Virus record (IMG/VR): IMGVR_UViG_3300017728_000093
Span: 1-26,145 of that record
Reading direction: 5' to 3' (one strand)
Source: a virus
Taxonomy: Duplodnaviria; Caudoviricetes
Length of the DNA: 26,145 nucleotides
The translations under genes were made by a program, and so were the position numbers. Below are positions 8,892-16,192 of this stretch, piece by piece (position 1 is the first letter of the stretch; each line of letters begins with the position of its first letter). The notes under the pieces were generated by a model that saw only the letters and a program-made list of their open reading frames with translations, searched no databases and had not been told where the DNA came from.

Positions 8892-11800
8892 ATGACTACT
8901 AAAATGATTAATCTTTTTGGAGAAGAGGCAGGAGTGCCATATTCTGATTTTTTTTCAGACGAAAAAGAAAAAAATGTTGTTAGTCCTCTTAGAAAAACTG
9001 TTCCTGACTATGTTAACCCCTTTAATTACGAACGCGTTACTCCTAAAGAGCAGCAATCTATAACAGAATTAGATACTGATCCCGTGCTTCTTGAAAAATT
9101 TAATAGAGTTATGGAATACTTAGGGGATAACAGTGCTTTTACTAATAGTGTTTTTGACCCTACAAGCACTATCTCTGAAACAATGCGCGACGACAACATA
9201 AGCATTGCAAAGCTTATTGATAAAACAGTAGCGTTTAAAGATGCTCCCGATAGTATAAAACAAGATTATGCTGATATTAAAAACAGCTGGGATGATGCAG
9301 GAAAAAAAGGCTTTACAGAATGGATGGATATGTTTCAAGACTACACTGTAGATATTGCAACTGATCCTGCCGTATTAGCAGGCATAGCAGGAACTTTTTT
9401 TACTGGCACAGCTAGCGCAGTTGCTGCTGGAGGCACTCAGCTTACTGCTCGGGCAGCTTTGGCTAATACACTTCGTCGTGCAGCAGCAGGGGCTGTAAAA
9501 ACAACAGGTGGTTCTGGATACAAAGGAACTGCTGTTAGAAGTGCCGCTGCAAGTGGAATATATGACATTGCAGGACAACACTTAGATTTAGCAATCAAAC
9601 GTCAAAAAGAGTATAGTCCCACACAAACAGCAATTACAGCAGCAATAGGTGGAGTAGCTGGACCTGCACTTGAAGCAGGAGTAAGAGCAAGCGCCCCTCA
9701 TTTTAAAAGGTTTCTTTTTGGAAAATCAAAAGTAAACCAACAAGCAAGCGAAGGAGTCTTTGAAGAAACTATAGATTTTAAAACAAGAGAAGATAGGGCT
9801 AGAGAAGCTTTTGAGGCCGCAGCAGAACAAGCTGAAAAAGGCGAAATGGGGTACTATACTCCTACGGGTCAAACTAAAGATTCTTTTCCAGCATTAATAG
9901 GTTTGCCCGGACGAGCAGCAAAAGTAGCGAAAGATCTTGAGACAAGAGTTATTGAAGGTCGTATTATTGATTTAGAAGAAGAAAACTATTCAATACTTGA
10001 TGATCTTGTAGATGATCTTGGAGGTGGTCAAGCTACTAAAGAGTTTGTTGTAGACGCTGTTAATGTAGCACAGAACCAACCAGATCCTGAAAAAGTAGCC
10101 GTTACGTTTTTTAATAAACTACACAGGTTTTCTGCAGGAGCGTCTTCAACCATGTTTTTTGGAAAAGCTTCTGGCATTTTATCTCCTTATCGTAAATATT
10201 CTGAAACAGCCAAGCAGCTTCAAGGTAAATTTTCAAGAGAGTTTAACAAAGTGTGGCGTGGTAATCAATTTAAAATTGAAGGAGATTTTGCTGAAGTACA
10301 ACAAAGATATAATGGTGAATTCTACACTACATATATTGATATTGTTGAACCCCTTTCCTATGACAAAGTTAAAGGTAAATTAAAAGATAATGTTAATGCT
10401 TCTTTAAGCATGGCAATGCGGGGTGTAGATTCTGATGTTGCAGGATTAGAGCCTGTATATGAAGCCGCTAGAAAAATGCAAGAATTATATTCTGATATTG
10501 GTGATCGACTTGTTGCAGCTGGAGTTATTGATAAAAAAGTAGATAACTATATTCCTCGTATGTGGAATAGAACGGCTATTGAAAAAAATCCAGATCGTTT
10601 TGCACAGCTTCTTGTAGATCAAGGAGAAGCAAATAATATAGCGGACGGTCGTAGAATTATGGAAGACTTATTAGAAAAACGCAACCAGCTCGACTCTGGA
10701 ACTGACGGACATTTTTTCTCAGCTAAACGAAAGTTTAATAATATTCAAGATGATTTTGTTTTTGAAGAGTTTTTAAATACAGATGTGTTAGGAACTTTAC
10801 ATAACTATACGCACCATGCAGCTAAGTCACTTGCTAAAAAAGAAGTGTTTGGTGTTAATAATATTAAAGAATTTGAAGCCAAGTGGATTAATCCTATTGC
10901 AGAAGATCACTATAATTCTACAGGAAAAAGCTTATCAAAAATTGAAAAATCGCTTATCATGAACTTGTATCGCAGCGCTACTGGTGAGGGTCAACAAAAC
11001 TTTGAATATATACAGACAGGCATGGACACGTATGGTTTAATGAATCGACTAGCTTACTTAGGAGGAGCAACTATTTCAAGTCTTACGGAAGTTTTTGTTA
11101 ATATAGCTGATGCGGGATTTGTAAAGAGTGTTAAAGGTTTTAATGATGCTCTTGAAACATCTTTTAAACTAGTAACAAAAGATACAGAAACAAAATTAAA
11201 AAATCAAATGGGTCTTACCGCTGCAGAAATTAAAAAAGAAATGTTTGAATTTAGTATTGCAGTAGATCAAGGAGTTTCTCAAATGGGAAACAGGCTTGCA
11301 GGAAATGATTTACAGTCCGATAGACTACAAGGAGTTAGCAACGGTTATTTTAAATTTATTGGCCTTGACCTTTGGACAAAGTTTGCACAAACCGTAACTT
11401 TTGCAACCGGCAAGCGTTTAATCATGGGGAATTTAGAAGAAGTTTCTGAATACCTTTCATCAGGAGCTAAAATTTCAAGTCGTATTCAAAATAAAATAGA
11501 TGAATTAAATGAGTTAGGAATTGATATTGAGGAAGGAACGTCTTGGCTTGGTTCAGGAGCAAACTTGCAAGACTCTTATTACAAGGAAATAAAACAAGCC
11601 GCTGCTCGTTATACTAATGATGTAGTGCTAATGCCTGATTCTATGGCATCAACACGACCTATGATGTATTCACACCCAAAAACTCAACTGGCATTTCAGC
11701 TTCTTTCATATCCAGCAGCCTTTACTAATGTTATTTTAAAAGGAGCAGCTAAAAAACTAACTAGAAACCCAAAACAAAATACAGCTAATGTTTTATTGTC

Positions 11801-12374
11801 TGGTCTTTTTATGATGGAGGGTCAACGAATAGTACAGTACCTTAAAACTGGAGGAAAAAGCGAAGAGGACAAAACTCCTTCTGAAGCTCGTATAGAAGCT
11901 ATGAAAAGGGTAGGCGCACCCGGTTTATTATTTCAACAAATTGACAGAGCTACAGAAACTGCTGGGTACACAGGAACAGTAACTCCGTTTTTAATTGCCC
12001 CGTTTGGTCCAGCAGGCTCTGATATAGCAGGCGTTGCTCAAGGAAGACCAGTGCAGACTTTAGGTACTAAGGCTCCTTTCTATTCTTTGTATGGTAATGT
12101 TGCAAAAATAACAGGGAACGAAGACGAGTATGAAGACTATAAACAATACTTTAAAGATTTAGACAGGACCGGCAGCGAAATTCTGCGAACTGATAAACCT
12201 ATTATGACTAGAGATTTATTTTCAAAGGGGGGTGTAGTGGAAGTACCTAATGCTCCAGAAGAGCCTGATGAGCGTATAGATAAAATGACAGGTCAGCCTT
12301 ACAACGAACAAGCTGGCCTTGCTTTTATTGACGAAGAAGATCCTAAGCCTGTATCACTGTTGTCTAAGGTATAA
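8892..12374 (+). CDS. Large internal virion/ejection protein (T7 gp16-like role inferred)
   Basis: 1160 aa; Ala/Gly-rich hydrophobic segment near aa 160-270; NYIPRMWN, ISSLTE and FQLLSYP motifs reminiscent of large podovirus ejection proteins; AAGGA RBS. Confidence 0.75.
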   Translation: MTTKMINLFGEEAGVPYSDFFSDEKEKNVVSPLRKTVPDYVNPFNYERVTPKEQQSITELDTDPVLLEKFNRVMEYLGDNSAFTNSVFDPTSTISETMRDDNISIAKLIDKTVAFKDAPDSIKQDYADIKNSWDDAGKKGFTEWMDMFQDYTVDIATDPAVLAGIAGTFFTGTASAVAAGGTQLTARAALANTLRRAAAGAVKTTGGSGYKGTAVRSAAASGIYDIAGQHLDLAIKRQKEYSPTQTAITAAIGGVAGPALEAGVRASAPHFKRFLFGKSKVNQQASEGVFEETIDFKTREDRAREAFEAAAEQAEKGEMGYYTPTGQTKDSFPALIGLPGRAAKVAKDLETRVIEGRIIDLEEENYSILDDLVDDLGGGQATKEFVVDAVNVAQNQPDPEKVAVTFFNKLHRFSAGASSTMFFGKASGILSPYRKYSETAKQLQGKFSREFNKVWRGNQFKIEGDFAEVQQRYNGEFYTTYIDIVEPLSYDKVKGKLKDNVNASLSMAMRGVDSDVAGLEPVYEAARKMQELYSDIGDRLVAAGVIDKKVDNYIPRMWNRTAIEKNPDRFAQLLVDQGEANNIADGRRIMEDLLEKRNQLDSGTDGHFFSAKRKFNNIQDDFVFEEFLNTDVLGTLHNYTHHAAKSLAKKEVFGVNNIKEFEAKWINPIAEDHYNSTGKSLSKIEKSLIMNLYRSATGEGQQNFEYIQTGMDTYGLMNRLAYLGGATISSLTEVFVNIADAGFVKSVKGFNDALETSFKLVTKDTETKLKNQMGLTAAEIKKEMFEFSIAVDQGVSQMGNRLAGNDLQSDRLQGVSNGYFKFIGLDLWTKFAQTVTFATGKRLIMGNLEEVSEYLSSGAKISSRIQNKIDELNELGIDIEEGTSWLGSGANLQDSYYKEIKQAAARYTNDVVLMPDSMASTRPMMYSHPKTQLAFQLLSYPAAFTNVILKGAAKKLTRNPKQNTANVLLSGLFMMEGQRIVQYLKTGGKSEEDKTPSEARIEAMKRVGAPGLLFQQIDRATETAGYTGTVTPFLIAPFGPAGSDIAGVAQGRPVQTLGTKAPFYSLYGNVAKITGNEDEYEDYKQYFKDLDRTGSEILRTDKPIMTRDLFSKGGVVEVPNAPEEPDERIDKMTGQPYNEQAGLAFIDEEDPKPVSLLSKV

Positions 12375-12376
12375 AT

Positions 12377-14239
12377 ATGATAGGACCATTTGTAAGATCT
12401 ATTGCAAAAGCAACAAATAATTCTTTGCGAGATGATTACGTAGAAGCAACCGCTGAAAAACTTAATACGGTTGTTCGTGATTTTGAAGGCTCACAAAATC
12501 CTTCAGATGAAATGCTTTATGATTTTGAAGACTATGTTGACGTGCTTACTCAATACACTGTTAAAAAAGATAATGCAGATTTAGAAGACGTGTTAGAGTT
12601 TGAAAGACTTAAAAGACTTGTAGATCCTAATCAAAGTTATCGTAATCAAATTTCATCTTCTTTATCAGACGTTAGGTCTTTAGTTAAAATTACAGACAAG
12701 TTTACAAAAGAAAGTAAGGCTCTTCCTGAAGAAGTAGCTCCTTTAGCTAAAGTGGCTGGAGATGCTTTGTTAGATGAAAGGAGTAAAGCACTTTCTCCGT
12801 TTGTGACAAAGGAAGCTAAACAAAAAATTGGCTCTAATGTCTTAAACGAACTATTAGAAGTAGATACATACAAACCTATTATTGAAGCTATTGCTAGGCG
12901 AATGCCAGAAAACCAAACAGTTGATGAGCTACAAGCAAGTGCAAAAGAACGGGCGCAGAATAAAGTAGATTTTACTAGAAACAGTGTTGAAAAGAAACCA
13001 CAGTTTAGAGCTACTACAAGTCACCATGACCTACCATACGACATTTCATTTGCTTACCCACGAGAGTTAGGGACGCATGTAGGGACGCTAGGACAAGCAA
13101 CATCTATTGCTGTTCAAGGCGTAAACCCTTATAGCGATATAGGGCGATACTTAGATTCTCGTCTAGCACCAACACAAAAAGCTGATGTAGATAGGTTTTT
13201 TTCTTCTCAAGAGATGGTTGAAATTAAAGACGTAGTAGATAAACCCATGAAAGCTTCAAGACCTTCTGCCATGAGTAAAGGTTATATCAATGTAAAGAAC
13301 CCTTTAAAGATTGATTATGACGTTAAGGAATGGAGTGCTGAATATTTTTTAGTAGACCAAGGTCAGAAAATTTATGATTCAATTGTAAAACAAGCAGGTA
13401 ATCTTGCCAGCCCTCAACTTAAAAAAGATTTTACAGATCTTATAAAAACTGCCCAAGAAATAACGGATACTGAATGGAAAAAAAGTTTAGGTTTAGATTC
13501 AGCAATGCGTATAAGCCTACAAAAAGTAGAGCTAAATTTTAAATTTCAAAAACTTCTGCAGCGTAATGGCTTTGATTCTGTCCGATATAAGAATGAAGTT
13601 GAAGCATCTCTGAAGGGGGAGCCTAAGTATTCTTATATTCTTTTTAAACCTGAGCAGTTCAAGTCTACAACCGCTAAGTCTTATGATAAGGGAGATCCAC
13701 GCTTTACATTTAATGAGGGCGGTCCTGTAGAGCGTAGCGAAAGTGTAATACCATTAAACATTAAAGCTTTTATTGGGGATCTGTTAGGTTACGACACACC
13801 TATCACTGAAAAACATTTAGACGAAGAAGAATATCAAAGCCTAGTAGAAATTGCTCGTCGTGCTAAAGAAGCAGGAAAAAGCGCTATTGAATATTCAGAC
13901 TATCAAACTCAATCAAAAGGTCAATCTCAGTATGCAGATGTTGGGGGCGGTGGCGGAAACCTTGATTTCTTTAAGAAAATATTTGATCCAAAGTATAGTT
14001 TAAAAACTACTTTAGGACAAGCTCAAATTGAAGAAGACAGTGAGGGAAATACAATTATTAAAGATCGTTATAATTTTAACAATGCTTCTGGTGATATGGA
14101 CGCTATTGATTTTATAAAAGGCGTTAAAAGTGCAGGGACTAACATATACGCACAAGCAAGAAATGTAGCCACTGCGTTTGGAAGTGCGCCCGGAGAAGGC
14201 AGCGAGGTTAAAATTAATTTAGGAAGATTAGACTCTTAA
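12377..14239 (+). CDS. Multidomain virion-module protein containing an ADP-ribosyltransferase-like (ART-PolyVal-like) domain
   Basis: 620 aa; FRAT...GTHVGT...GYINVKNPL...GFDSVRYKNEVE...SYILFKPEQFKS...YDKGDPRF, followed by a separate ~170-aa C-terminal domain. Confidence 0.65.
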   Translation: MIGPFVRSIAKATNNSLRDDYVEATAEKLNTVVRDFEGSQNPSDEMLYDFEDYVDVLTQYTVKKDNADLEDVLEFERLKRLVDPNQSYRNQISSSLSDVRSLVKITDKFTKESKALPEEVAPLAKVAGDALLDERSKALSPFVTKEAKQKIGSNVLNELLEVDTYKPIIEAIARRMPENQTVDELQASAKERAQNKVDFTRNSVEKKPQFRATTSHHDLPYDISFAYPRELGTHVGTLGQATSIAVQGVNPYSDIGRYLDSRLAPTQKADVDRFFSSQEMVEIKDVVDKPMKASRPSAMSKGYINVKNPLKIDYDVKEWSAEYFLVDQGQKIYDSIVKQAGNLASPQLKKDFTDLIKTAQEITDTEWKKSLGLDSAMRISLQKVELNFKFQKLLQRNGFDSVRYKNEVEASLKGEPKYSYILFKPEQFKSTTAKSYDKGDPRFTFNEGGPVERSESVIPLNIKAFIGDLLGYDTPITEKHLDEEEYQSLVEIARRAKEAGKSAIEYSDYQTQSKGQSQYADVGGGGGNLDFFKKIFDPKYSLKTTLGQAQIEEDSEGNTIIKDRYNFNNASGDMDAIDFIKGVKSAGTNIYAQARNVATAFGSAPGEGSEVKINLGRLDS

Positions 14240-14250
14240 GGAAAATAATA

Positions 14251-14676
14251 ATGCAAAGACTTATAGAAACTCTTAAAAAACACGAAGGTGTTAAATACTA
14301 TGTGTACAAAGACCATCTGGGTTATGAAACAATAGGCGTAGGACGCTGTATAAAGCGTGGTGTGGGCTTAGGACTAACACATGATGAAGTAGACTACCTC
14401 CTAATGAATGACGTACAGCGGTGTTTAGAAGAGCTTGACGGGGCGTTTGCTTGGTTCAAAGACTTGACTGAAGTTAGGCGGGAAGCAATGGTAAACTTGT
14501 GTTTTAATCTAGGGCTTACGCGACTCAAAAAGTTTGAAAATGCTTTAGCAGCAATGTCAATCCACAATTACGAAGAAGCAGCAGATGAGTTTTTAGACAG
14601 TCGATGGGCTACACAAGTTGGTCAACGTGCAGTAGAGGTAACAGAAATGATTCGTACTGGAGATATGTATGACTAA
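14251..14676 (+). CDS. Lysozyme/endolysin, glycoside hydrolase family 24 (T4-lysozyme-like)
   Basis: LKKHEG...YKDHLGYETIGVGR (E-x8-D-x5-T catalytic triad); NLCFNLG...F...L.A; DSRWATQVGQRA; AAGGA RBS. Confidence 0.93.
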   Translation: MQRLIETLKKHEGVKYYVYKDHLGYETIGVGRCIKRGVGLGLTHDEVDYLLMNDVQRCLEELDGAFAWFKDLTEVRREAMVNLCFNLGLTRLKKFENALAAMSIHNYEEAADEFLDSRWATQVGQRAVEVTEMIRTGDMYD

Positions 14677-14959
14677 GAAAAAAGACCCTAGACTAGAAAG
14701 AGCAGGAGTAAGTGGATATAACAAACCAAAGCGTACACCCAATCATAAAACAAAATCACATATCGTGGTGGCAAAAGAAGGCGACAAAATTAAAACAATT
14801 CGCTTTGGTCAAAAAGGTGCGAAGACTGCAGGCAAACCAAAGGCAGGTGAGTCAGCCGCAATGAAAGCAAAAAGGAAATCGTTCAAGGCTCGACACGCTA
14901 AGAACATAAAGAAGGGCAAAATGTCAGCGGCTTATTGGGCTGATAAGGCAAAATGGTGA
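14669..14959 (+). CDS. Small very basic phage protein (putative nucleic-acid binding)
   Basis: 96 aa, Lys/Arg-rich; K.IRFGQ...RKSFKARH...SAAYWA.K.KW pattern seen in small viral proteins; GGAG RBS inside the lysozyme 3' end. Confidence 0.82.
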   Translation: MTKKKDPRLERAGVSGYNKPKRTPNHKTKSHIVVAKEGDKIKTIRFGQKGAKTAGKPKAGESAAMKAKRKSFKARHAKNIKKGKMSAAYWADKAKW

Positions 14960-14964
14960 AGACT

Positions 14965-15153
14965 ATGAAAAATATATTTACAGCACATCCTAATGCAGCT
15001 GATGAAACATACTTACAACATTTAAAAAGGGCAGGCGTGTTCGCAGGTTGGATGCTTCTAGGAAGCCTTGCATGTCTAGTACATGCGGTATTCCCTTTTC
15101 TATTTACAGAAACTGCAAGTAAAATAGTTTCTAAACTATACATCAGTTACTAG
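14965..15153 (+). CDS. DUF6356-like small membrane protein
   Basis: FTAHP...ETYLQHL..A...A.....G..ACLVHAVFPFLFTETAS pattern. The start could be 14953 or 14965. Confidence 0.78.
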   Translation: MKNIFTAHPNAADETYLQHLKRAGVFAGWMLLGSLACLVHAVFPFLFTETASKIVSKLYISY

Positions 15154-15163
15154 GGGGAATACT

Positions 15164-15349
15164 TTGGCCGCTAAAAAAACAAAATCAAAAGTAAACGAAG
15201 CAGGTAATTATACTAAACCTACTATGCGTAAACGCCTCTTCAATAAAATAAAGGCAGGCTCAAAGGGTGGCAAAGCTGGTCAATGGTCAGCTCGCAAAGC
15301 TCAAATGCTTGCTAAAGAGTATAAAGCTGCCGGAGGCGGCTACAAATAG
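15164..15349 (+). CDS. Basic protein, N-terminal half of a DUF5872-like protein
   Basis: TTG start with GGGGG RBS; NYTKP.MRKRLF.KIKAGSKGGKAGQWSARKAQMLAKEYK..GGGY. Confidence 0.8.
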   Translation: MAAKKTKSKVNEAGNYTKPTMRKRLFNKIKAGSKGGKAGQWSARKAQMLAKEYKAAGGGYK

Positions 15350-15503
15350 AACGCTGTTTGAGCCACAGTAATAAAAATAAAAGTATAAGCGCTGGTTGAA
15401 GCACTACAAAAATTAAAAGGTTAGCCAGCGCATAACCCATCCCCGTTACATCTCCTATTACTTGGAGAATGTACACACAATAGTTAAAGAGTTCATTTAT
15501 CAT
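15312..15503 (-). CDS. Small membrane protein, antisense to the surrounding + genes
   Basis: 63 aa; LFNYCVYILQVIGDVTGMGY.LANLLIFVVLQPALILLFLLLW followed by basic residues (a clean TM helix, positive-inside); fills the only sizeable gap in the + arm. The RBS is weak. Confidence 0.6.
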   Translation of the reverse strand: MINELFNYCVYILQVIGDVTGMGYALANLLIFVVLQPALILLFLLLWLKQRSICSRLRQLYTL

Positions 15504-15753
15504 GGCTTTAAAAAAATCCCAAAAATCGTTAAAGGCTTGGACAAAGCAAAAGTGGCGTACTAAGTCCGGTAAAAAATCTAGTGAAACAGGAGAGCGTTAC
15601 CTCCCCGCTAAAGCTATCAAGTCTTTGTCAGCTAAAGAGTATGCTGCAACAACCAAAAAGAAAAGAGAAGATACAAAAAAGGGCAAGCAACACAGCAAAC
15701 AGCCGAAGAAGGTTGCCCAGAAAACTAGGAAGTATAGATCTAAACGATCCTAG
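15502..15753 (+). CDS. Basic protein, C-terminal half of a DUF5872-like protein
   Basis: SQKSLKAWTKQKWRTKSGK.S.ETGERYLP.KAI..LS..EYAATT.KKR.DT.KGKQ.SKQPKKVA.KT. Confidence 0.82.
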   Translation: MALKKSQKSLKAWTKQKWRTKSGKKSSETGERYLPAKAIKSLSAKEYAATTKKKREDTKKGKQHSKQPKKVAQKTRKYRSKRS

Positions 15754-15964
15754 TATTTAGTGCGTTAAGCTCTTTTTCAAGATCTTCGTGTAAGCCAGCA
15801 AGCGTTTTGTAAGCTTCTTGAATAACAGTCTTTACAATTTGTTTTTCCTCCGTTGTTTTAAAAACTGTATCAATATCCTTAATTGGAAGTTGGCTTAACT
15901 CAGACATCATAACTCCTTTAGAGTTAAAAAATATTTTAAATCCAATAAGATTCCCATCAGACAT
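15740..15964 (-). CDS. Hypothetical protein (~74 aa)
   Basis: Likely start MSDGNLIGFKIFFNSKG at 15964, with GGAG upstream and overlap with the preceding stop; its 3' end overlaps the convergent + gene by 14 bp. Confidence 0.72.
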   Translation of the reverse strand: MSDGNLIGFKIFFNSKGVMMSELSQLPIKDIDTVFKTTEEKQIVKTVIQEAYKTLAGLHEDLEKELNALNTRIV

Positions 15965-16184
15965 CACGAGTCTCCATCTCAATCCTAACGATGTCTAACC
16001 CTTCAAGATAATCTTTAGACTCCATTAATAATTTTAGTTGAGACTCGATAGCTTCATAGAAAGCATCGTGGTCGTGAAAGGCCATTGGGTTACTTATAAT
16101 AACCTCAACAGCCATCGCATGTTTCTTGATATCAGCTTCGTAGTAGCTACGCATAGTCTTTAGTATTTGATGTGGCTTCAGCAT
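15957..16184 (-). CDS. Hypothetical protein (75 aa, helical)
   Basis: Strong AGGAGG RBS directly after the RNR stop. Confidence 0.8.
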   Translation of the reverse strand: MLKPHQILKTMRSYYEADIKKHAMAVEVIISNPMAFHDHDAFYEAIESQLKLLMESKDYLEGLDIVRIEMETRDV

Positions 16185-16192
16185 GATACCTC

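Noticed and set aside
198-15143. Other short - strand or alternate-frame ORFs inside + arm genes (e.g. 198-428, 224-442, 662-892, 1065-1289, 5403-5813, 8393-8620, 12646-12873, 14898-15143)
   Set aside because: Nested in or antisense to longer well-supported genes, with no recognisable motifs.
15385-15435. MITE-like element (inverted repeat flanked by ATAA)
   Set aside because: Only 43 bp, a single copy, no transposase, and it lies in frame in a plausible membrane gene; kept only as a possible RNA hairpin.
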